Assembly: GCA_018266775.1 (NCBI GenBank)
Contig: JAFDZS010000003.1
Coordinates: 1 to 64,000, forward strand
Direction of reading: 5' to 3'
Origin: Bacteroidota bacterium
GTDB taxonomy: Bacteria > Bacteroidota > Bacteroidia > Chitinophagales > Chitinophagaceae
DNA: 64,000 nucleotides
The stretch's first letter is position 1. Every line of letters starts with the position of its first letter. The notes beneath the pieces were generated by a model. It made no database searches. It was given only the letters and a program-made list of their open reading frames with translations, and was not told where the DNA came from. Shown in pieces: positions 10,318 through 19,631 of the stretch. The translations under genes and the position numbers were made by a program.

Positions 10318-10347
10318 GAAAGCAGCTTGTAATAAGGCTGCTTTTTT
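10318..10347 (+). terminator. Terminator hairpin in the convergent gap phnA > < monooxygenase
   Basis: AAAGCAGCTT-gtaataag-GCTGCTTTTTT with a T-tract, 70 nt after the phnA stop. Confidence 0.45.
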
Positions 10348-10447
10348 AATAGCGTTCTATCTATGAAAAGACAGTTTAGATAAACTTCCCAGTGTGCGTT
10401 TGATATCAAACTGCCCATTGCAAATACTATGTTGCAGTCAAAGCTGT

Positions 10448-11632
10448 TCAATAGTTTTTCAATTGCAGGCCTTTATCCCTGAACTGTGCGATGAATAATT
10501 TTGAAAACACAGATACAGACATGAGTTTGAAAACGAAATTTCTTAACCCAATTCCGAAATAACTTTTTGGCACAAAAGATTTCGCAAACGACTGTGCGGA
10601 TTGTTGTTTCTTTTCCATAAAAGGCTTGAACAGTTTTTCATATTGCACAAATGCCTGCTGGTAATCTCCATTGGCTTCCTTCAGTTCCCCGGCAAGTATG
10701 TATGCGCCCACCATTGCAAGCGTTGACCCCTTGCCTGATAAAAGGGAAGGGCAATATCCGGCATCACCCACCAAAGCTATTCTCCCATTGTACCATCGAT
10801 CCATTTTTATCTGGCTGACGGAATCAAAATAAAAATCTGCGGTATTGTCAAGTGCATTAAGCAGTGGTGTACATTTCCAACCACCACCAGTAAACTGTTC
10901 TCTTAATATTTGTTTTTGCTTTTCTGTATCGTGGTGAGCATAAGTAAGTTTTTCCGGAAAACTAAAAATGAAAAAAGTTGTTGTTGCATTATTTTTATTG
11001 GAATAAACAGCCACTTGCCTGCATGGAAAATTATACATTGCAAATTCACTATTACCGGTGGAGAAATTTTTAATGGTATAAGAAGACGTATAGTAACCCA
11101 AATACTTTTCAAATTTGCTTTCATCACCAAAAATCAGTTTTCTAACCATTGAATGCAAACCATCTGCCCCAATAACAAGGTCAAAACTTCTGCTGCTGCC
11201 CTGTTTAAAACTTACTCTTACTTCCTTATCATTTTGTTCAATTTTTTCTATTGTGTTGTCAAATATTATTTCTATGTCTTTATCCAAAGCCGTATAAATG
11301 GTTTTCGCAAGGTCGCTTCTAAGTAGTGTCATTGCTCTGCCGTTCATAAATTTTTTAATTTTCTGATAGTTTATGCTTCCCTGCTCCCGGTCGTTTTTGT
11401 CAACCAGTGCTACTTTGGAAAAATTGATGTCAACTTTTTTAAGTTCGTCCACTATTCCCATTTTTACTGCAACATCATAGCCTGCGCCCATAAAATCTAT
11501 GGCGTAACCGCCTTCCCTTAATTTAGGGGCAATCTCTATTATTGTTGGGTGGAAGCCGTAACGCTTTAACCAAAATGCAAGTGCTGTTCCGGCAATTCCT
11601 GCACCGGAAATCAGGATATTTTTATTGTTCAT
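10448..11632 (-). CDS. FAD-dependent monooxygenase (aromatic-ring hydroxylase family)
   Basis: N-terminal GxGxxG FAD fold (ILISGAGIAGTALAFWL), DG..S motif (GADGLHSMVR) and GD motif (ALVGDAGY) typical of UbiH/salicylate-hydroxylase-like flavoproteins. Confidence 0.85.
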   Translation of the reverse strand: MNNKNILISGAGIAGTALAFWLKRYGFHPTIIEIAPKLREGGYAIDFMGAGYDVAVKMGIVDELKKVDINFSKVALVDKNDREQGSINYQKIKKFMNGRAMTLLRSDLAKTIYTALDKDIEIIFDNTIEKIEQNDKEVRVSFKQGSSRSFDLVIGADGLHSMVRKLIFGDESKFEKYLGYYTSSYTIKNFSTGNSEFAMYNFPCRQVAVYSNKNNATTTFFIFSFPEKLTYAHHDTEKQKQILREQFTGGGWKCTPLLNALDNTADFYFDSVSQIKMDRWYNGRIALVGDAGYCPSLLSGKGSTLAMVGAYILAGELKEANGDYQQAFVQYEKLFKPFMEKKQQSAQSFAKSFVPKSYFGIGLRNFVFKLMSVSVFSKLFIAQFRDKGLQLKNY

Positions 11633-12174
11633 AACGTTTGTTGTGGCATTATTGATGTGGTGGTATCTTATATTCCGTTTGCCTGTTATCTCAGCCGGTT
11701 AAGAAAAAAATTACTGATTTTACACCAGGACTGCTGCTAAATTGCCAATAAGCCTTTTGCGATCATGTTGCTATTACCTAATCATATAGCTGTAAAAGTT
11801 GGTGACATAATCTTCAGGATTAACTTTTCGTATCGCTCTGTAAGTTATTCAAAATTTTCTTCAATAAAAAATACCGCCAACCGGAGTTCAGATAGATGGC
11901 AATAAAGAAGCATACAAAAAATGCGTGGCAAAGATGGTTACAATTCAGTAATAAGAGTGCTTGAATCATTACACGGGAAGCTGCTTATTTCAGTAATGTT
12001 TACCTTATCGCCATATAACAGTTTTGCTGACCTATACCTTGTGGCAGGTATTGGCAAAAGCTATAGTGCCGATCTGCGTTCGGGCATTTACAATAACATC
12101 GCATTTTTTTAATACAGCTCATGTTGCTGAAAACGGGCAATATTTTGAATGCAGATTGGACTCAGTACAACTGT

Positions 12175-13506
12175 TTAATGCCAATGCCAGCGAACATACA
12201 ACAGTATGGCAGGCGGTTTAACAGGAACTGTTTTTGCCATGGAAGTTACAGGCAAACTGGCTTCAATTCCAACCTGCTTTTTCTTCAACACAAATCCTGC
12301 ACTGGCGTGAACAGAAATAAAGTAATTATTAAGCGGGGCCCATTCTGAAGCTCCTTTTTGTATTGTTGCAAGAGTTTCCTGCAGCAAGGTGCCATCACGC
12401 AATAACAATTTTTGATTGAGCAGTAAAGCTTTGCTTTGAGCATTATATTGTACACCTAAACCCATTAACCAATTTGTATTGATGTGGTATTGATAATCCA
12501 GGCCAGCTTCAAAACCATAAGTTTTTAGCAAAGTGGTTTGTGTAAGCACCTTTGCCGTGTCTAAATTGGATGCATCGGCAATAGTTGCTGATAATACATT
12601 TTGTTCAGCAAACTGATGCCGCAGTAACAGCAGTTTTGAAGATACGTAATGCCTGGCTCCTATTTTCTTTTCAACAAAAATACCCGGCAACAGAAAAACG
12701 AAAGGCTGACTTTTACCATTTGCACCGGTAAAATAATAAGTTGTTCCCTGTAAAGGAAGCGGCCATTCCCATTGCAGGCCATATTGCAGTTGCCGGTGGG
12801 CATTGGGTCGTGTTTTATGTTTTGCCTTAATGCTATCTTGCGGCAACACTTCTAAGGATTGAATCTTTACCGTATTGCTTTGTTGCAGAACAGGTTTATT
12901 CAAATCACCGGCAGTAAAGTAAAGCAGGGAATAGCTGTTTGTCGAAATTTTTTCAGCAAACTTCTTTTTCAATTCTGTTTTACTGTTATCTTCTTCAGGT
13001 TTACCATTGAAGCCGGTTACTTTTTTTTGAACAACAGCTTTTTGCTGAGGCAATATTGATGCCTTATTGATTCGTGGTTGTTGCATTGCAGTCTTCACGG
13101 CTGCTGGCTTTACCTGTTGCAGAGGATTTGCAGGTGTGGGGTCTTGCTCCGGTACCTTTTTTTTGGGTGGGGTATCCTGGAAAATTACATACCCGTTATA
13201 AAAGGAATAGTATAATGAAGTAGTTTTTTTGATTTGCTGCAATAATGCATCCAGTGAATAGGGACGATGTGCAGGAAATGAAATCAGTTTTGATCCATTT
13301 ACTACAGTGGAATTAAATGAAAAACGTATCCCACTGATACGATGTACATACCGGGTAAGCGAATCCAGTGTAACAGTACCAGTTACACTAAATATCGGGC
13401 CGGGTTTGTTTTGGCCTGCAAGCTGGTGATGCCCTGTTAACAGTACAAACACCAGGCAGTTTATGCAGAAAAATCTATTCACAACCCTCCCCTGTGATAT
13501 AAACAA
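12175..13506 (-). CDS. STN (secretin/TonB N-terminal) domain protein with a predicted outer-membrane beta-rich C-terminus. Putative partner of the ECF/FecR pair.
   Basis: Signal-like N-terminus, then an STN-like segment (VTLDSLTRYVHRISGIRFSFNSTVVNG), a K/P/Q-rich linker, and a C-terminal region with alternating aromatic residues (YGFEAGLDYQY...). At 443 aa it is far too short to be a TonB-dependent transporter. It overlaps the fecR stop by 32 bp, so the start codon is uncertain. Confidence 0.5.
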   Translation of the reverse strand: MFISQGRVVNRFFCINCLVFVLLTGHHQLAGQNKPGPIFSVTGTVTLDSLTRYVHRISGIRFSFNSTVVNGSKLISFPAHRPYSLDALLQQIKKTTSLYYSFYNGYVIFQDTPPKKKVPEQDPTPANPLQQVKPAAVKTAMQQPRINKASILPQQKAVVQKKVTGFNGKPEEDNSKTELKKKFAEKISTNSYSLLYFTAGDLNKPVLQQSNTVKIQSLEVLPQDSIKAKHKTRPNAHRQLQYGLQWEWPLPLQGTTYYFTGANGKSQPFVFLLPGIFVEKKIGARHYVSSKLLLLRHQFAEQNVLSATIADASNLDTAKVLTQTTLLKTYGFEAGLDYQYHINTNWLMGLGVQYNAQSKALLLNQKLLLRDGTLLQETLATIQKGASEWAPLNNYFISVHASAGFVLKKKQVGIEASLPVTSMAKTVPVKPPAILLYVRWHWH

Positions 13507-14359
13507 TTTTTTTCTGCTGGCCTATAGTGTAAGTAAAATTTAATGTGTACCCGATGATATCCAGGGCATCCTGCAGTGTTTTATTATCCAGCCGCGTGGT
13601 TATACGGCAACGAAGTAAACGTCCGTTACTGAATTGTATCGTTACACCGTAAGCTTTTCCTATCAATGCTGCAGCTTCAGGCAATGGGGTGTCATTAAAT
13701 TCAAACACCAGCGTGGCATAACTGTACAGGTTGGGATTGACTTTTCCTTTTTCGCTTAAATAATTTTCTCTTTCATTAAAGTGTATTGATTCACCTTCGT
13801 TAATTTTCATTGGGCTTTTACCCGGTAAAGTAAGCAGCACAAAACCCTTTTGCACATGCACCGATGCAATAGTGCCGGCACTGTCCTGCTGCACCAGGAA
13901 ACCACCATGATGCCCTTCAATCAATAATGAACCCTGCTGCAACCGTACCGGCTGGTTATTTTCTGTTGCCGGAAAGAATACACCGCCGCTTGTTAAAGTA
14001 TATACGGTATCCCTGTCCGGCAGAAGTTGCAATTGGCTGAATTCGTCTGCAAAACAAATTGTGCCATTGGGCAAACTATCCTGCTGAATTTGATTGGCGG
14101 TTTGCCATACAGTAATAATTTTCGATGGCCTTGTTACGTGGTGCGAATAAAATAAAAGTACCAGCACTGCTATAATGCCGGCACATGCATATGATATGTA
14201 TTTTAACAATGCCCTGCTGATTCCATTTGGGCGCTCCGGTACATCGCTGCTGTGTTGCAACATTTGCTGCATAGCATCCCAGGCTTCGTCTGCAGGAATA
14301 TCCGGCTCCGGGTAACCGTCATGTTTTACATGATCTGCATAATGAGCTTTATCATCCAC
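13475..14359 (-). CDS. FecR-family anti-sigma factor
   Basis: Cytoplasmic N-terminus, one TM (YISYACAGIIAVLVLLF), and a periplasmic FecR-like domain. Its start overlaps the ECF sigma stop by 8 bp. Confidence 0.8.
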   Translation of the reverse strand: MDDKAHYADHVKHDGYPEPDIPADEAWDAMQQMLQHSSDVPERPNGISRALLKYISYACAGIIAVLVLLFYSHHVTRPSKIITVWQTANQIQQDSLPNGTICFADEFSQLQLLPDRDTVYTLTSGGVFFPATENNQPVRLQQGSLLIEGHHGGFLVQQDSAGTIASVHVQKGFVLLTLPGKSPMKINEGESIHFNERENYLSEKGKVNPNLYSYATLVFEFNDTPLPEAAALIGKAYGVTIQFSNGRLLRCRITTRLDNKTLQDALDIIGYTLNFTYTIGQQKKIVYITGEGCE

Positions 14360-14894
14360 TTATTTTGGTTTTAGGTTGTTCAAGAATAGATTTCAACTTA
14401 GAGCGGCATTCTTTTAAATGCCACTTCACCGTTCCTTCTTTCATATCAATAGCCGCAGCTATTTCTTTAATCGAAAACCCTTCCAGGTAATACAGCGAAC
14501 ATACACACCTTGTATTTTGTGGTAACTGCCCCAGGTAATAGTAAATATCTTTCCATTCCAGTTTCCTGAAAGGATTATCTGTACCGGCTTCCTGTAAATG
14601 TTCGGTCAGCTCGTAGGTAAGTTTCGATTTTTTATCCCTTATTAACGTCAGTGCTGCATTGCGAATGATCGTGTAGCACCAGTTAAAAAAATCTCCTTTA
14701 TCCGGGTTGTACTGGTTTATATTTTTAAAAACTCTCAACATACCATTATTCACTGCGGTTAAAACATCATGCGGGTCGGAAAAAAAACATTTACACAAAG
14801 CATAAAATGCGGGATAGTATTTACGGTACAGCACTTCCTGGCTGCGGGAGTCCTGCTGCTGGCAATTTTTTATTATTTCTTCTAAATGTTCCAA
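14352..14894 (-). CDS. ECF-type RNA polymerase sigma-70 factor
   Basis: 180 aa. Region 2 (YRKYYPAFYALCKCFF..., IIRNAALTLIRDKK) and region 4 (LPQNTRCVCSLYYLEGFSIKEIAAAIDMKEGTVKWHLKECRSKL) signatures of sigma-70 family ECF factors. Confidence 0.9.
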   Translation of the reverse strand: MEHLEEIIKNCQQQDSRSQEVLYRKYYPAFYALCKCFFSDPHDVLTAVNNGMLRVFKNINQYNPDKGDFFNWCYTIIRNAALTLIRDKKSKLTYELTEHLQEAGTDNPFRKLEWKDIYYYLGQLPQNTRCVCSLYYLEGFSIKEIAAAIDMKEGTVKWHLKECRSKLKSILEQPKTKISG

Positions 14895-15839
14895 TTGTTT
14901 TTTTTAATTCCGGGACTTTCTTGATTTTTATCCAAATCGGCATTTTTTTTACCGTCTTCATTCACCCAACTGCGGCTTACCTGGTTGCCCAATTGCAGCT
15001 AACCAATTGAACACATTCAATTACAGGTAAACATGATGTAACGGGAATTCAACATAGTAAAGGGCCGCTTCGGTACTGCATTTCCCCCTGTAAACTATTG
15101 GTATAGTATTAAACTGCGACTCAACAGTAAAAGGTTGGAAGTAGCCGGTTTTTTTTATACCCTAATGACTCCCGGGGAATCAAATGGGTTGCCTAGAAAA
15201 AATAATGTAATATAGAAAGTGGTGTTGGCAGCGGCATCTCCCTTCAGGTATTTTATTGACGCAAAACCGGGAGCATATTCAGATTAATTTCAGGGTATTC
15301 GAATAATTGCAGTTCCGATTCAGTTTGGTCAACCAGCAGGTTTGGGATTTTTAATACCAATCCAGCCTTAAAGCAAGCCAGCCAAACATATTTCCCGGGC
15401 TACAACTCCTTATAGTTGTATAGCGGTAATACTTTTTATCATACTCCTTTTGGAGAGTTTATCTTGCCAAAATAAGACAGAGCATTACCTTTTGACAGTA
15501 CCGGTATTTTGCCGCATTGCAATCGTTAGTCACCGCTGTTCTTCCTCACCTGGCCAATAATCTAAAGCTGTATTGAAATACAGCAACTTTCCCTAAAACG
15601 TATTATAAATGAAATAAAAATTCTGAGGAGAAATTTTCTGTAAGATTCCCTTATGCAAAATAACTTTTATTCCACCGCTGAAATAGGTAAAGGTCAAAAT
15701 GTGCTTACACGTTAATGGTACCGCATCACATAATAACAACTCACTGCCACACAACAACAACTGCTTTGGGTTTCGCAATGTTTGGGTGGCGTACCGGAAG
15801 CGAAAGCTCCATTTTGTTTGGCCTTTAACACAGTTCGTG

Positions 15840-16565
15840 TTATTGGCTGACACCTGCTTTTTGTGTGATCGTCAATTCCATTGAGTTTGCAAATATTTTG
15901 GGTATATCCAGGGAATAATCATAGACGCCTTGCCACATATTGCCAAGTTGAGTAATTGTAGCACTTACTGTGGCCGGTGTTTTGAGTCCATACGCTGTCC
16001 TTCCAAGTTCACCGTCGCAGTGATATAAATGTCTTACTATAGGTTCTGTGTCTTGATAAATCTTTTTGCTGTATGCTGATAATACAACTTGAGCGCCTGC
16101 AATTTCAGCATATATTTTATTCATTCTTTTATCATGGTCGTCAATAATTTTTGAAGAGCATTCGTTTGGCGTATTCTTCGCTATCCACAACACCCAGGTT
16201 ATACTATGAAAGCCTTCTGCAGTTTTTTTCATCAGGTCAGAAGCTGCAATTTTTAGATTCTTCGCTTTCTCTTCACCCAATTGCTTATCGAATTTTTGGC
16301 TTTCACTTTTCTTGTTCACTTTTGCTATTATCAAAGCACCTAAAAATCCAATCATACTTCCACCCAAGGCACCAAATAAAGTTAACCATTGCGAATTAAT
16401 GGAATGACTTTGATTAGCATAGTATTCAGCCTGTGAAAGCTGATTTTTTGTCTGCGCAGTAACATAAGTTTTATTCAAATTGAAAAGGCTGGTATCAGGT
16501 TGACAATTTACCTTTTCAAATGTTATAATACCCAAAAAAAATGTAAGGAATAGTTTTGCTTTCAT
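15840..16565 (-). CDS. Hypothetical signal-peptide/membrane-anchored protein, third gene of the tyrosinase operon
   Basis: Signal peptide MKAKLFLTFFLGIITFEKVNC, one internal TM (WLTLFGALGGSMIGFLGALIIA). I recognise no family. It lies 110 bp downstream of the His-rich membrane protein on the same strand. Confidence 0.45.
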   Translation of the reverse strand: MKAKLFLTFFLGIITFEKVNCQPDTSLFNLNKTYVTAQTKNQLSQAEYYANQSHSINSQWLTLFGALGGSMIGFLGALIIAKVNKKSESQKFDKQLGEEKAKNLKIAASDLMKKTAEGFHSITWVLWIAKNTPNECSSKIIDDHDKRMNKIYAEIAGAQVVLSAYSKKIYQDTEPIVRHLYHCDGELGRTAYGLKTPATVSATITQLGNMWQGVYDYSLDIPKIFANSMELTITQKAGVSQ

Positions 16566-16675
16566 TTTATTTTTTTAAAAGATTTATAGATCCGGGATTG
16601 GTTGCTGCCAACGTTCGGTGCATGCCGCAGGTCTGGGCCTGTTACAAATGTATCCTGTCAATTTATTCCATTCAC

Positions 16676-17437
16676 TCAGCACACAACACCCATCAGCTTT
16701 AATTTTGCCTGCGCAATAATAATCCTCAATAACCGCAACCGCAAACTATAACGCCACTGAGGAAATACCGGATGTTCCCAATGTTCACTCAGCATAACGA
16801 AAGTAATGATCAGCATGGCCAGGTTATGTCCCTGCGGCAATAACATGGGAAACAACATTAACGCCCAGCCCGATCCAATACACCAGGCACCATGCACTGC
16901 ACCGTACTGCAATGCACTACGCATTGCATTCCATCCAAACGCAGGAAGTACGGGATGATTGTGCCCTGCATTTAAGCAGCGTTGTTTCAGCGGTGAAAAT
17001 TGCCAGACCACCGCAACAGCAAAAACAATTAATGCAGGTATGTAGGATAATGGGAAGAAAAGATTAGCTGCAATGATTACGCCGATCAATGGAATGCCCG
17101 CCAGCATCCACGCCATTAAATAGCCGGATACAAACAGTAATGCACAAACGAAACGTAAATTTCTGAAGCTTTGTAAATAAATCATTTGCACTGACACAAT
17201 CAGCTTCGGCAACATCATAGCAACCACCATCAAACCCCAGCCCAGCATTTGCGATGAAAGCGGGTTCATTTGCAGCAGCATACTGAGCGATGCAGCCGAC
17301 GGGCCTGAAGCTGATATATGGCAATGCTCCATCGTCATGATATGACCGGGGTTGAACAGCAGCACTATCCATGCCAAAACACTGATACCAATAATCACCA
17401 GCTGAATAGCTGTACGTTGTTTCCGTGAAAGTCTCAT
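16676..17437 (-). CDS. Polytopic His-rich membrane protein (possibly DUF2182-type metal-binding membrane protein), co-operonic with the tyrosinase
   Basis: 253 aa, about six TM helices. His clusters MEHCHISASG, AGHNHPVLPA, HWEHPVF. The start lies 16 bp downstream of the tyrosinase stop on the same strand. Confidence 0.5.
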   Translation of the reverse strand: MRLSRKQRTAIQLVIIGISVLAWIVLLFNPGHIMTMEHCHISASGPSAASLSMLLQMNPLSSQMLGWGLMVVAMMLPKLIVSVQMIYLQSFRNLRFVCALLFVSGYLMAWMLAGIPLIGVIIAANLFFPLSYIPALIVFAVAVVWQFSPLKQRCLNAGHNHPVLPAFGWNAMRSALQYGAVHGAWCIGSGWALMLFPMLLPQGHNLAMLIITFVMLSEHWEHPVFPQWRYSLRLRLLRIIIAQAKLKLMGVVC

Positions 17438-17453
17438 ACTGGTCTGTAAATTA

Positions 17454-19136
17454 TTATTGGCTTAACCGGTAAATGCTGATGCGCCCCACAGTGATCTCAC
17501 TTCCTTTTGGAATGGGGTTTCTTGTTTTGATCTGCACGTTCAGTGAACTGAAATCAAGGCCGCTGCCCAGGTGCAGATTATCAATAACATTGGTGATATT
17601 AAATTTAAACGTGAGTCCTGCGCCGCCGTGGGCACTGTTCTTCATGGAGGCCATCCGTATTCCAAACAATGCTACAGACTGTACAAAATTATCGTTGATA
17701 TATAATGAAAGGAAGTTAGCATTGTTCGTTCCTTTTACATTTTCCAGTTGCAGGTACACATCATTCGGTGGCGTGGAAACAGAAGCTTTAAGCAAGCTTT
17801 TTGAAACTGATTTCCACGCGGTGGTATTCAGCTTCACTGCTGTTTGTGTGGTGCCGCTGTTTAAAGTAAGTGCTGTATCGCTTGCACCCACCAGTTCAGG
17901 TTTTGTATTTTGTTCCATGTGTGTGCCTTTATCCAAACCTTTGCCTCCTAATTTAATCAATCTGTTTGATATAGTGGCCTGCATTTTTGAAGGCGGTGTG
18001 GTATCGTATGATGTCAATGAAAGATCATCATACGTATAGGAATAACCATTGCCCATGAATGTTATCTGCGTGGTACTGTTCACATCTGCAGGGGTATAAT
18101 ACCAGGGTGTGCCCTTTGCATCTACCGGCATGGCAAACTGTGAATTACCGTTGGCGGTTGGTCCCGCTTGCCAGTTGGCATTGGAAGGGTTGGCATTTTT
18201 ACCGGTTACATTCCACGCCGTCCACATACGGTCAATATTGGCATGGTGTAAATAGAAAACAGGATCAAGTGCAGCCACTCCCGGGTCAGACATCAGGCCT
18301 TCTGTTTGCTCTGCAGGATTGGGATCTGTCCATGCGTCACCATTGAAACCACCAATCATGACATGCGCAAAATTGTGTGGGTTAGATTCAAGGTCACCAA
18401 AACCGGCAGGGTCATGACTGAATCCTGTTTGCATGCCGCCATAATAATAGCCGGTTAAATCACCGGGGCCGGGCTGTGCAGGTTGGATAAGGTCACCATA
18501 GATGGTATCCCACTGGCATTCATCATTGGCAGATGGATCCTGTTGCGTATCCGGACCAACAACAATATAAATATTCTTGTCGCCATTGGGGCCATATCTT
18601 TCAGGAATGTATAACGGGTTGGATGTTCCATCAGGCAATGCACTAACGGTAAAGGCTGGGGGAATTTGATATTCTTTATACGTTTGGGATTGGTTCAGGT
18701 AATTCCAGTACGGCAAAGCCCAGTCTGCAGGCCCGTTCAATGAAATTATAATATCCCGGAGAATATTTTCAAGCGCCACTAAATACCCCCTGTGCCAGGG
18801 TGGAAAAAACCATGAGCCATGCTGGCATTGATCCCAAAAAAGATTAGCCAGGCTTTGCGCAGGTGGATTATTTAAATTGGCCGATGCTGGTATAGAAGCA
18901 ATCTTTGTCCAGTTGGGAAAACTGGCAGGCGCAGGGTCTGAATGTGCGGTGGCTATTAAATATTGTCCATGTATGGCTCCATAAAACCACCAGCTTACCG
19001 CATTATTGATGGGTAGTGCTTTCATTGCCTCAACACCTTTGGCGTACCAGTACAAATCGGTATAATTACCCGATTGATCTTTGAATTGTCCGCCATTACA
19101 GGCGTCCCATGCATTTTTTCTAATAAAATTGTTCAT
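17454..19136 (-). CDS. Tyrosinase-family type-3 copper protein with a ~190-aa C-terminal extension
   Basis: CuA motif H...WFFPPWHRGYL and CuB motif NPHNFAHVMIGG...DPVFYLHHANIDRMW are both intact. A beta-rich C-terminal domain follows. Confidence 0.9.
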   Translation of the reverse strand: MNNFIRKNAWDACNGGQFKDQSGNYTDLYWYAKGVEAMKALPINNAVSWWFYGAIHGQYLIATAHSDPAPASFPNWTKIASIPASANLNNPPAQSLANLFWDQCQHGSWFFPPWHRGYLVALENILRDIIISLNGPADWALPYWNYLNQSQTYKEYQIPPAFTVSALPDGTSNPLYIPERYGPNGDKNIYIVVGPDTQQDPSANDECQWDTIYGDLIQPAQPGPGDLTGYYYGGMQTGFSHDPAGFGDLESNPHNFAHVMIGGFNGDAWTDPNPAEQTEGLMSDPGVAALDPVFYLHHANIDRMWTAWNVTGKNANPSNANWQAGPTANGNSQFAMPVDAKGTPWYYTPADVNSTTQITFMGNGYSYTYDDLSLTSYDTTPPSKMQATISNRLIKLGGKGLDKGTHMEQNTKPELVGASDTALTLNSGTTQTAVKLNTTAWKSVSKSLLKASVSTPPNDVYLQLENVKGTNNANFLSLYINDNFVQSVALFGIRMASMKNSAHGGAGLTFKFNITNVIDNLHLGSGLDFSSLNVQIKTRNPIPKGSEITVGRISIYRLSQ

Positions 19137-19631
19137 AACACTATTAGCGTTTTAAATGATTACGGTGGGTTTGGGTTTCCGTGTTCCAAAAATCTTTTGC
19201 AGTGCCGCTCCTGCGCTGCTGTTCAGCATTCTTTAGTCGTAATGTAAAATGATCTTTTGCAGGCAATAAAGTTCATACCCTGCTGAAGTGCACATCAAAC
19301 ATAATATCCTGCAGCCGTTTTTTTAACCGTGTTTATACCTGTTTTTTTCATTACTTCATCTGCGGCATTAATCATTTCTTCACCAGTGTCTTTACTTCCT
19401 TAACCCGGTTTAATTATATATATCCTGTTTAAATAAAATAATTTTTACTTATGCTGATATTATTCTTCCCTTAACTGATAGCGCTCACCCCCATCCCCTA
19501 ATTCCAATTACTAATCCCGGCGCCTCCCACTTACAAAATCCCCACATCACAATCCCATTCATCAAATTGCATGGTAAAGCCGGTAAAAACGCAGTATATT
19601 AACAGCCCTAACCAAAACAAACATTATCATC

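Noticed and set aside
15290-15310. T-loop-like GGTATTCGAATAA suggesting a tRNA or tmRNA in the ORF-free region
   Set aside because: No acceptor-stem complementarity or cloverleaf could be built around it. There are no tmRNA 5'/3' conserved ends. I found no tRNA anywhere in the window's intergenic regions.
15593-15853. 86-aa minus-strand ORF in the long non-coding region
   Set aside because: No RBS or promoter context is evident. The translation is low-complexity with no recognisable motif. It overlaps the 3' end of the adjacent gene region. It is more likely chance.
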